Source: an uncultured SAR86 cluster bacterium (lineage in GTDB: Bacteria; Pseudomonadota; Gammaproteobacteria; Magnimaribacterales; D2472). From it: a stretch of DNA of 64,000 nt. The position numbers and the translations under genes were made by a program. This document shows, piece after piece, positions 42,111 to 50,297 of this stretch. Within the stretch, counting starts at the first letter, position 1. The number at the start of each line of letters is the position of its first letter. The notes beneath the pieces are model-generated. The model was not told the origin of the DNA and made no database searches. It saw nothing but the letters and a program-made list of their open reading frames with translations. The DNA lies in assembly GCA_902528215.1 (NCBI GenBank), contig CABZRR010000001.1, forward strand, positions 14,696-78,695, written 5' to 3'.

Positions 42111-42530
42111 CTATTTTACTTTCACCAATGGAAGTCCTTCTTGTTGCCAGGTTGAAATCCCGCCCTTTAATATATGAGTTTCTTCATAGCCAAATTTCTG
42201 CATTTTTTCTCCAGCTAAAGCGGCATTTCTTCCCATTTTGCAAATAAGTACTATCGGTTTATCCTGAGCTTTCAATAATTCTTCATTTCTATTTTCTAAT
42301 TCATTGAAAGGAATATTGACAGATCCTGCAATTGCTCCAGTTTCAAATTCATTCTTAGGTCTGACATCTAATAAAAGGGCAGATTTTTTGTTAACCAAGT
42401 TAGTAAGTTGATCGCAATCCACTCTATTCCCGCCCCTTCTTGTTTCAGAGCGAAACCAAAGAATAATTGATAGAAACAATGGTACTGAAAAATACCAATA
42501 CTCCATTAAAAATAAATTGAATTCCAGCAT
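42111..42530 (-). CDS. Rhodanese-like membrane protein (YibN-like)
   Basis: N-terminal TM helix, LDVR...EF..G.I.GSVNIP, L.GG...W...GLP; start ATG 42530. Confidence 0.85.
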   Translation of the reverse strand: MLEFNLFLMEYWYFSVPLFLSIILWFRSETRRGGNRVDCDQLTNLVNKKSALLLDVRPKNEFETGAIAGSVNIPFNELENRNEELLKAQDKPIVLICKMGRNAALAGEKMQKFGYEETHILKGGISTWQQEGLPLVKVK

Positions 42531-42575
42531 TAGTCTATTATCGCTTAAAATATATTCATTGGTGAAATTTATATT

Positions 42576-43202
42576 ATGAAAGGTCAAAATTTTTTAGTGC
42601 TGGTTCGTCATGGGCAAAGTGAATGGAATGCCAAAAACCTTTTCACTGGATGGAAAGATCCTGGTTTGACATCTGATGGTAAGAAAGAAGCAATTAAAGC
42701 GGGCTCGTTAATTAAGCAAAGAAATATTCAATTCTCAATGATGTTCACTTCAGCTCTTAAGAGAGCACAAATTACAGGTCAAATAATTTTAGATGGCATA
42801 GAGCAAACTGATATTGAAGTTGTAAAAGATAAAGCTCTGAATGAAAGAGATTACGGAGATCTTTCTGGCCTTAATAAAGATGATGCAAGAAAAGAATGGG
42901 GAGAAGATCAGGTTCATATTTGGAGGAGATCTTTTGATGTATCGCCACCAGGTGGGGAGAGTTTGAAAGACACAGCAGAAAGAGTATTACCATTTTTTAA
43001 TATCTCAATCCTGCCGAAAATCGTAGAGGGTAAAAATATTTTAGTTACTGCTCATGGAAATTCACTCAGATCTTTAGTTATGAAGCTTGATAACTTATCA
43101 AAGGAAGAAGTAATAGCTTTAGAAATTCCAACAGGCGCACCAATAATCTACTCCTTTGAAGCTAATGAAAAACCAACTTTCAAAGAGAATCTTTTTGAAT
43201 AA
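42576..43202 (+). CDS. gpmA: 2,3-bisphosphoglycerate-dependent phosphoglycerate mutase
   Basis: LVRHGQSEWN..NLFTGW.D, LNERDYG.L.G.NK, WRRS, AHGNSLR. Confidence 0.96.
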   Translation: MKGQNFLVLVRHGQSEWNAKNLFTGWKDPGLTSDGKKEAIKAGSLIKQRNIQFSMMFTSALKRAQITGQIILDGIEQTDIEVVKDKALNERDYGDLSGLNKDDARKEWGEDQVHIWRRSFDVSPPGGESLKDTAERVLPFFNISILPKIVEGKNILVTAHGNSLRSLVMKLDNLSKEEVIALEIPTGAPIIYSFEANEKPTFKENLFE

Positions 43203-44196
43203 TCAAACACAACTAATCTCGCAAAAAATCGTTCAGTGGTACTCAGTTAATGGAAGACATGATTTACCATGGAGACATAAGATCACGCCATATAAAATTT
43301 GGATTTCTGAGATAATGCTCCAACAGACTCAGGTAAAAACAGCAACGCCATATTTTAAAAGTTTCATTAAAAAATATCCTACTCAAAAAAAATTATCTGA
43401 GGCAAGTGAAGATCAAATCTTAGCCTTGTGGTCTGGACTTGGCTTTTACAAAAGAGCTAGAAATATATTCAAGACTAAAGAAATCATAAAAGAAAAATAT
43501 AACAATAGATTCCCAAAAGAATTTCATCAATTACTAGAACTTCCAGGAATTGGTAAATCAACTGCTGGAGCAATTATGTCTTTAGGTTACCAAAATCCAC
43601 ATCCAATACTAGATGGAAATGTTAAAAGAGTAATAACAAGATTAATCAATCAGAACCTTGATTTAATTAAGGAAAGTGAATTATGGAAACTGTCTAGCCA
43701 ATTTCTTAATAAGGATAATTGCTTCGCTTATACTCAAGGCATCATGGACTTAGGAGCAACAATCTGCACCCCAACCAACCCATCATGTAAAGATTGCCCT
43801 TTACAAAATCAATGTAAGTCTGCTTTTAATGTAACTATCAATAAAAATAAGAAAGTTGCCAAGCTAAAAAAAATTATTCCAATGAATTTATCTTTAATTC
43901 AAACCAAAAATTCGTTATTACTTGTAAAAAATGAAGATAGCTCGATCTGGAAAAATCTATGGATCCCTTTTGAGTCAAGATCGTTAAAGAACTATGCCGA
44001 ACTTTTTAAACTAACATCGAGTCAAGAAATTCAGCATGAACTTACACACAGAGTTCTAAATATCAACTTAAATACATATCTTTCTAAAAGTGAACCTAAA
44101 ATTAACACAAATAAAAAATACAAATGGATAAAAAAGGATAGAATAGATCAGTATGGTCTTCCTAAGCCTATTAGCAAAGTAATAAATGAACTATGA
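43156..44196 (+). CDS. mutY: A/G-specific adenine glycosylase
   Basis: GR.DLPWR, WISEIMLQQTQV, LPGIG.STAGA, DGNVKRV, C-x6-C-x2-C-x5-C; start could be 43165 or 43195. Confidence 0.95.
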   Translation: MKLMKNQLSKRIFLNNQTQLISQKIVQWYSVNGRHDLPWRHKITPYKIWISEIMLQQTQVKTATPYFKSFIKKYPTQKKLSEASEDQILALWSGLGFYKRARNIFKTKEIIKEKYNNRFPKEFHQLLELPGIGKSTAGAIMSLGYQNPHPILDGNVKRVITRLINQNLDLIKESELWKLSSQFLNKDNCFAYTQGIMDLGATICTPTNPSCKDCPLQNQCKSAFNVTINKNKKVAKLKKIIPMNLSLIQTKNSLLLVKNEDSSIWKNLWIPFESRSLKNYAELFKLTSSQEIQHELTHRVLNINLNTYLSKSEPKINTNKKYKWIKKDRIDQYGLPKPISKVINEL

Positions 44197-44462
44197 ATAA
44201 AACAGTTTTTTGTAAGAAACTTCAAAAAGAATTACCCGCAATGACAATACCTCCAATGCCAGGTAGGAAAGGAATAGAGTTAATGGAAACTGTATCATCA
44301 GAAGCATGGGAATCTTGGAAATCTCATCAGACAACTCTTATTAATGAAAAACATTTAGATCTTTCAAAGGATGAAGACCGTCAATGGCTACTAGAGCAAA
44401 TGGAAAAATACTTTAATAATGAAGAAGTAGAACAAGCATCTGGATTTAAAGCATTGGATTAA
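44193..44462 (+). CDS. yggX: Fe(II)-trafficking / oxidative damage protection protein
   Basis: VFC.KL, P.PG..G, AW..W..HQT.LINE..L; follows mutY. Confidence 0.93.
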   Translation: MNKTVFCKKLQKELPAMTIPPMPGRKGIELMETVSSEAWESWKSHQTTLINEKHLDLSKDEDRQWLLEQMEKYFNNEEVEQASGFKALD

Positions 44463-44529
44463 ACCTTAAATGATAATTAAATATCATCGAAAGATTTCTA
44501 ATTGATTGGATTGAATATAAAAAACTAAA

Positions 44530-45294
44530 CTAACTATTCCACCAAGCTACATCTGAGAAGGCCCTTACATCAATTTCATGTGTCCAAGCAGAACGATGTT
44601 GTTGAGATAAATAGTAGTAGGTATCTGCAACGCTTGAAGGCAGAATCAAGCCGTCATGTTCCATTCCCTTTGTTTCACGCAGTTGTTGAAATAATTCTTC
44701 ACCAAGCATTTTTCCCAATGTATCAGGAGCATCCACCATGCCATCAACGACAATATGTACTATGTGAATTCCCTTTGGTGCAAATTCTGCATTTAAAGTT
44801 TGACATAACAACCTTCTTCCACCCATGGCCGCAGCATGAGAGTGCTGATTTTTATTGCCTCTCATTGCTGCTGTTGCTGAAGTTACAAGAAATGTTCCCG
44901 CATTCCTATCTTCCATGATTGGCATTAAAACTTTTGCTACCCTAAATAGCCCAAGATCTGCCATTCTCCAACCCCATTCGAACTCTTTTAAAGACGTTTC
45001 GTTTAGTAACTTCATTCCTGTTTGAGCACCAAGATTGTAGACAAGGACATCAATAGGACCAATGTCTTGTTCAATCTTTAAAATTAATTCTTCTAAGACA
45101 TTATCTTCAATTGCATTAATTAAATAGCCTGTTGCTGATCCACCTTCCTGTTTTATGTCAGAAACAAGTTGATCTAATCCTTTTTGATCAGATCTTCTGC
45201 ACAAACATGAATGGTAGCCTTCTTTGGCAAATTTCTTTGCAACGGTCCCACCAATGCCTGCGCCTGCTCCTAAAACTAAACATACTGGTTTCAT
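44530..45294 (-). CDS. SDR family oxidoreductase
   Basis: GAGAGIG, VYNLGA, TSATA..RG, GIH..H.VVDG.V, Q.RSAWT.E.D.R. Confidence 0.88.
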   Translation of the reverse strand: MKPVCLVLGAGAGIGGTVAKKFAKEGYHSCLCRRSDQKGLDQLVSDIKQEGGSATGYLINAIEDNVLEELILKIEQDIGPIDVLVYNLGAQTGMKLLNETSLKEFEWGWRMADLGLFRVAKVLMPIMEDRNAGTFLVTSATAAMRGNKNQHSHAAAMGGRRLLCQTLNAEFAPKGIHIVHIVVDGMVDAPDTLGKMLGEELFQQLRETKGMEHDGLILPSSVADTYYYLSQQHRSAWTHEIDVRAFSDVAWWNS

Positions 45295-45393
45295 GATTCC
45301 TAATTTAACTTTTTATTTTTAATATTCAAAGCAGAGATTAAATATTTGCGTTTTTCTGATTATTTAAAAAAAATGAAAATTTATTCATTAAAT

Positions 45394-45424
45394 AAAAAAG
45401 GAAGGTAATAACCTTCCTTTTTTT
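45394..45424 (-). terminator. Intrinsic terminator after the DUF4278-like peptide gene
   Basis: AAAAAAGGAAGGT-AATA-ACCTTCCTTTTTTT, perfect stem with A/T tails on both sides. Confidence 0.88.
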
Positions 45425-45438
45425 AACTTAAATATAAG

Positions 45439-45609
45439 TTATGCTGACCAGCTTACACCGCGATAAATACCGCTTGATGGTTTAGCTGACTTGCTTAGTT
45501 TTAAAGCATTATATTTAGCACCTCTATAATTCAATACTTTATCAACAGCTGAGCTGTGATTAGTATTGTTTTGGCGAGTTACTTTAATGCCTCTGTAGTA
45601 CGAAGTCAT
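45439..45609 (-). CDS. DUF4278-like small basic protein (56 aa, three YRG repeats)
   Basis: ATG 45609 with GGAGG RBS at 45615-45619; MTSYYRGIK...LNYRGAKY...IYRGVSW; own terminator; riboswitch leader. Confidence 0.8.
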   Translation of the reverse strand: MTSYYRGIKVTRQNNTNHSSAVDKVLNYRGAKYNALKLSKSAKPSSGIYRGVSWSA

Positions 45610-45670
45610 ATTAGCCTCCAGTTTTCGTCGATTAAAATAATATATCTTTCGATATACACCAATTAACAAC

Positions 45671-45718
45671 GCGTTCCTTCAGTATCATTACCTACTTCCG
45701 TCTCTTTCGAGATGAACG
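45671..45718 (-). ncRNA. Glutamine riboswitch (glnA motif), aptamer 2
   Basis: CGUUC-A-UCUC(GAAA)GAGA-CGGAAGUA-GGUA(AUGA)UACU-GAAG-GAACG: three-way junction with AGUA/GAA E-loop. Confidence 0.85.
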
Positions 45719-45723
45719 ATAAT

Positions 45724-45779
45724 GCGTTCCTTCGTCTTGCGACTACTTCCGTCCTAATTTGAACAAACTAGGATGAACG
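45724..45779 (-). ncRNA. Glutamine riboswitch (glnA motif), aptamer 1
   Basis: CGUUC-A-UCCUAGUUUGUUCAAAUUAGGA-CGGAAGUA-GUC(GCAA)GAC-GAAG-GAACG: same core as aptamer 2 with different P2/P3 stems. Confidence 0.85.
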
Positions 45780-45787
45780 AAATACAT

Positions 45788-45816
45788 ATATTAAATAATT
45801 TTAAAAAAAATTACAA
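45788..45816 (-). promoter_or_regulatory. Possible sigma70 promoter for the riboswitch leader
   Basis: TTGTAA-17 nt-TAATAT ending about 8 nt before aptamer 1; AT-rich context weakens this. Confidence 0.4.
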
Positions 45817-45864
45817 AATTGTAGATAAAATTTAAACATAGTTATTTTTCTCTAACATTATTTG

Positions 45865-48207
45865 CTAATATGAAAGCTTATAGGGATATCCGTGAAAAAC
45901 TATCTGATTAATTCCTGCTGCAAATGCATTGCCAGCCAACCTTTCATAATCTTCAATCTTCAGCCTATTATAATTAAAGTCTATTTTGATAAATGACTCT
46001 GAACTAACAATCTTTTTATTTGCAATATTTCCAGCTGAGGATGCTAATTTTAAGAAATCAAAACTTCCTCCTGCAAAAAGACCTTCACTTTCAGGAATAT
46101 CGGCAACGGCATATGCATCCAAATAATTACCATATCCTCCATGCGCTTGAAGCCTTAACTTAATATTTAAAGAGTTAGTCCAGTTTTTTATTGGTAGGAG
46201 AAACTCAGTCATAAAAAGCTTTTCTCTTGTATGCAGATAATCCTCATATACCCTCTCTCTAAGGTTATATTCTGACTGATATAAAAATTCTTCACCGAAT
46301 ATTGCATACAGGTACTTCGATTCTCCATTCTTTTTAAAAATTAAAGGCAGGTATGGACCAATACTATAGCCATGCATCTCCTCAAAGGTTTTAAAAAACT
46401 CTTTTGACCAGGGTAGCTCGCCAATTAGCTCAAAACTATCAATAAAAAAATTTCTTGGCTTATAAGGTTTTATTTTTTCTATCCAATTATTTCCAAGCTT
46501 CTTGATATACTCCTCAACACCTCCTTTATTTAAATGATCTAACACTAAAGATTCATCCCATGCTCCTTTATATGCAGAACCCAGCGTATTATGAGAAACA
46601 TTATTCTGATATATAAAAAACAATTTGTATTTCCCTGCAGGGACATCTAATTTCAATCCATCTTCATTCAAGGAATGGCTTACATCTAGAAACTCAGTCA
46701 AAATGTCTTTTTTTTGTGATTGTTTAACTTTTGCCAGAGTAACTTTCATTAAATCAATATCTTGATCAAACTTACCTATTGTTTTATTTACAATGAAATT
46801 TGTTTTATTTATATAAGAGGGCTCTTGAATTTTAGGAGGTTTAATTGTTCCGTTTACAGGCCCGATGATCTCTAACTCAGATTTTATTAGTTGCTTTGAG
46901 GGAAAATCTTTAATGAATGGGCCTCCGCTCGACCAACCACTTCCAAGAGTAAGATCTACATTCAATTTTAAAGCATTAGCCTGTGAAAATAGATATTTAA
47001 GATTATCAAAAAAGGGTTGTTCTCCCACTTGAAAGATTTCATTTTTATTTTGCATTAAATATTTTTTTGGCATTCCAATTGTCAATGTTTGTAGCTCAAT
47101 CGAAGAAAACTTAGCTTTTTTAAATTTCTTCAGCTCTGTTTGAATCTGAGCTTTTTCTACTGCATTTCCAGGCCACCACCATCTTAAAATTGGAAAGTAT
47201 CTATCATCTGGATTAATCCACTCATTAGCTTGAAAACAATTCTTATTATTTGAATCTGTTCTTTGGCTAAGAATTAATATTTTTGCTTTGCCTGCTCCTA
47301 TTGACATTGTTATATTTTCAAATGAATTTAGGTTAGAAAATTCATCTATGCTTCCGTCAAAAGGATCAAGAACCTTTATGTCCTTAAATGATTTATTTAA
47401 GTAAAAATTTTTTTTCTGTGCCTCATAAGAATCATTATAAAAATAAATAATTTTATGTGAGCCACATGACCTAGTGGCAGATCTAAAGTAATTTTTGTCT
47501 TTATCTAATAAAGTTATAAATGGATCAATATTTAGATCCTTTAAAGTATTAGCCAGTTCTTGGATATCATTGAGTTGAAACACGAGTTTAGAAATCTTTT
47601 CTACATATCTAACGATTTCTGCATCTCTAATTTTAAAATTAGAAAGTCCAGTTGCGCGTTGCGGAAAATCACCTATGAATATTACTTTCAGCCCTGCATC
47701 TGCAAGGGCTAGAATCTTTCTCAAAATGCTTGGAGATGTATGCTCTAAATTAGTCACAAGCAAAGCTTGATATGAGCCATTTCCAATATTTAATTTATTC
47801 CCAGAAATATTTGACGACAAAAGATTCTTCTTACTTATCCTGTCATAGGTATAACCATTTAAATTAATATGTTTACTAATTTCAGACTCTTGATAATTTG
47901 AATTTAGTCTTCGAAACTGAAAATTCGGTTCATCTGGCCATGCTCCATCTTGAAGAAACCATGCAATATTTACTTCAGGTGCTCCTAGCTGCATAACGTA
48001 CGACATCCTGGCAAAGCTTGTATTTAACTCGTTTATATTTTGCCAAATGCTTATTTGATTTAAATTGCTTGTTAAAGCGATTGGGCCTGCTGTATAGGTT
48101 TGACCAAAGAATGAGTTAGGAAAAGGATACCAATTTTTATCCTCTGAGCTACAGCTGATAAATAAGATAAGTGAAATACAGAACGAAATTTTTTTTAATT
48201 TATCCAA
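45865..48207 (-). CDS. GH106 (alpha-L-rhamnosidase-like) glycoside hydrolase lipoprotein, apparently circularly permuted
   Basis: Lipobox FISC; RWWWPGN, DLTLGSGWSSGGP, LDH, IDSFE, QAHG, DIPESE, ASSAGN...K.IVSSESF, GINQIVFHG.PY. Confidence 0.8.
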   Translation of the reverse strand: MDKLKKISFCISLILFISCSSEDKNWYPFPNSFFGQTYTAGPIALTSNLNQISIWQNINELNTSFARMSYVMQLGAPEVNIAWFLQDGAWPDEPNFQFRRLNSNYQESEISKHINLNGYTYDRISKKNLLSSNISGNKLNIGNGSYQALLVTNLEHTSPSILRKILALADAGLKVIFIGDFPQRATGLSNFKIRDAEIVRYVEKISKLVFQLNDIQELANTLKDLNIDPFITLLDKDKNYFRSATRSCGSHKIIYFYNDSYEAQKKNFYLNKSFKDIKVLDPFDGSIDEFSNLNSFENITMSIGAGKAKILILSQRTDSNNKNCFQANEWINPDDRYFPILRWWWPGNAVEKAQIQTELKKFKKAKFSSIELQTLTIGMPKKYLMQNKNEIFQVGEQPFFDNLKYLFSQANALKLNVDLTLGSGWSSGGPFIKDFPSKQLIKSELEIIGPVNGTIKPPKIQEPSYINKTNFIVNKTIGKFDQDIDLMKVTLAKVKQSQKKDILTEFLDVSHSLNEDGLKLDVPAGKYKLFFIYQNNVSHNTLGSAYKGAWDESLVLDHLNKGGVEEYIKKLGNNWIEKIKPYKPRNFFIDSFELIGELPWSKEFFKTFEEMHGYSIGPYLPLIFKKNGESKYLYAIFGEEFLYQSEYNLRERVYEDYLHTREKLFMTEFLLPIKNWTNSLNIKLRLQAHGGYGNYLDAYAVADIPESEGLFAGGSFDFLKLASSAGNIANKKIVSSESFIKIDFNYNRLKIEDYERLAGNAFAAGINQIVFHGYPYKLSY

Positions 48208-48227
48208 GTTATGAATATCTTATAACA

Positions 48228-48303
48228 TGGTGCCCAGAGGTGGAATCGAACCACCGACACAAGGATTTTCAGTCCTTTGCTCTACCGACTGAGCTATCTG
48301 GGC
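48228..48303 (-). tRNA. tRNA-Phe (GAA)
   Basis: GCCCAGATAGCTCAGTCGGTAGAGC...CTGAAAA...GGTTCGATTCC...TGGGCACCA; 76 nt, encoded CCA. Confidence 0.98.
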
Positions 48304-48419
48304 ATTTAAAGAGGAAGAATTATAACTGAACTGCGCTTGGTGGAGAATAGTTAATCAGAATATAAATTCTAACTTAAAAAATATTTCACAGACTTTTAAA
48401 TTTAACCTAAACTGAATCT

Positions 48420-49307
48420 ATGAGTATTCAACATGTAAGTGCAGATACAGACTTAGACAGTATTTTAGAAATCATTGATCATGACGCAGCAGTCGTGATT
48501 GATAATGTTTTATCTGAGGGCGATCTAATTGAAATTCAAAATGAACTTCAGCCCTTCCTCAATAATGATATTGAAGGTGACAATGAATTTACAGGATTCC
48601 AAACAAAAAGAGTTGGCGCTCTTATGGCTAGATCTCCAAAATGTCGTGAGCTTGCTCTTAATCCTAAAATCAATGCTTTATCAAAAAAGTTTTTAGAGCC
48701 TCACTGTGATGGTTATCAGCTTCATTTCACATCAGCAATACAGATAGGTCCAAAAGAAACTGCTCAAATCCTTCATAGAGATAGAGGCGTTTGGGGTGGT
48801 TATGTACCACGAAAAATTGAAACACAGTTTGCTACTGTCTGGGCAATTACAGATTTCACAAAAGAAAATGGAGCAACTCAGGTTGTGCCTGGATCTCATA
48901 AATGGGATAAAAACAGGATGCCTTTAGACGAAGAAATTGAAAGCGCCGAAATGACTGCTGGATCAGTATTTATTTATACTGGCTCTGTTATTCATGGGGG
49001 CGGAGCTAATCAAACTTCAAAAAACAGACTAGGCGTTTTTCTGCACTATGCACCTAATTGGTTACGACAAGAAGAGAATCAGTACCTGTCATGCCCTCCC
49101 TCAATTGCAAAGGATTTGTCTCCTGAATTAAGAGATTTAATGGGTTATTCTCAAGGAGGCTATGTGCTTGGATTTTTTACTGATCCAACAGATACCGAAG
49201 GTAAGTTTGAGTCAGTATCCCCGAAAAAATTATTTGGAGAAGATGTTGATCCATTTAAAATTGGATCGTCTGAAGAGCTTTTAGATAGTTCAACCAAAAA
49301 AAATTAA
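48420..49307 (+). CDS. Phytanoyl-CoA dioxygenase (PhyH) family Fe/2OG oxygenase
   Basis: Q.LHRD, WAITDFT.ENGAT.VVPGSH.W, HGGGAN, WLRQEENQYL. Confidence 0.9.
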   Translation: MSIQHVSADTDLDSILEIIDHDAAVVIDNVLSEGDLIEIQNELQPFLNNDIEGDNEFTGFQTKRVGALMARSPKCRELALNPKINALSKKFLEPHCDGYQLHFTSAIQIGPKETAQILHRDRGVWGGYVPRKIETQFATVWAITDFTKENGATQVVPGSHKWDKNRMPLDEEIESAEMTAGSVFIYTGSVIHGGGANQTSKNRLGVFLHYAPNWLRQEENQYLSCPPSIAKDLSPELRDLMGYSQGGYVLGFFTDPTDTEGKFESVSPKKLFGEDVDPFKIGSSEELLDSSTKKN

Positions 49308-49337
49308 TTACAATTTTCTTTTTATAAATTTTAATCT

Positions 49338-50297
49338 ATGACTGAACTAATAAACCTTTATCCTTCGATTAAGCCATATGATACTGGCTTCATGTCAGCA
49401 GGCGAGCATGAAATTTATTATGAGCAATGTGGAAATCCTAATGGTAAGCCAGCTGTTTTTTTGCATGGTGGTCCTGGTGGCGGTGGAAGTGAGGCGGTTA
49501 GAAGATTTTTTAATCCAGATGCTTATAGAATTATAGTATTTGATCAAAGAGGTTGCGGTAGAAGCAAACCTCACACTTGTTTAACAAATAATACAACTTG
49601 GGATTTAGTAGCAGACATTGAATCCTTAAAACAAAAATTAAACATAGATCAATGGCTTGTTTTTGGAGGATCTTGGGGAAGTACTCTGGCATTAGCTTAC
49701 GCGCAAACTCATCCTGACTCAGTTAGTGAAATGGTCCTACGTGGTATTTTCATGTTGAGAAAAAAAGAATTGGATTGGTTTTATCAAGAAGGCGCCAGCA
49801 AAATATTTCCTGATGCTTGGGAAAAATTTATTGAGCCAATTGATATATCTAAAAGAGACAACTTGATATCAGCATATTGTGAGATATTTAAAAGTGAAGA
49901 CGAGGATAAAAAACTAGAGGCAGCAATTGCATGGTCTAAGTGGGAGGGATCTACTGTTAATTTAAACTATAGTCCTGAAATGGTAGATAGTTTTTCTAAG
50001 CCTACGTTTGCTCTGGCGTTTGCGCTTATTGAAAATCATTATTTTATCAATAAGGGCTTTTTATCACATGAACAACAACTCATTGACGGTATTGATAACA
50101 TAAGAAATATCCCAGCAACTATTATTCAGGGAAGATATGATGTTTGCACCCCTGTAGAAACAGCCTGGGAGCTTCATAAAAGTTGGCCAGAAGCAAAATT
50201 TATCATCACGCCTTTTTCAGGTCATAGCGCATTTGAAAAAGAAATTACTCATGAACTGATCTTAGCAACAGATAGATATGGCGGGGTGCATAAATAA
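49338..50297 (+). CDS. pip: Proline iminopeptidase
   Basis: LHGGPGGG, FDQRGCGRS, FGGSWGSTL, LRGIF, QGRYD, GHS. Confidence 0.95.
   Translation: MTELINLYPSIKPYDTGFMSAGEHEIYYEQCGNPNGKPAVFLHGGPGGGGSEAVRRFFNPDAYRIIVFDQRGCGRSKPHTCLTNNTTWDLVADIESLKQKLNIDQWLVFGGSWGSTLALAYAQTHPDSVSEMVLRGIFMLRKKELDWFYQEGASKIFPDAWEKFIEPIDISKRDNLISAYCEIFKSEDEDKKLEAAIAWSKWEGSTVNLNYSPEMVDSFSKPTFALAFALIENHYFINKGFLSHEQQLIDGIDNIRNIPATIIQGRYDVCTPVETAWELHKSWPEAKFIITPFSGHSAFEKEITHELILATDRYGGVHK

Noticed and set aside
44470-44487. ATGATA-ATTAAA-TATCAT as a Fur box near yggX
   Set aside because: Lies between convergent 3' ends and spacing does not fit 7-1-7; at most a weak hairpin.
45610-45669. N-terminal extension of the 76-aa ORF
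   Set aside because: GGAGG RBS supports ATG 45609; the extension is riboswitch leader.
45671-45779. Repeats read as a mini CRISPR array
   Set aside because: Only two units, the variable parts are internal hairpins, and there are no cas genes; fits tandem aptamers.
44463-48303. Prophage or integrative element at tRNA-Phe
   Set aside because: No integrase, phage genes or att duplication seen by eye.
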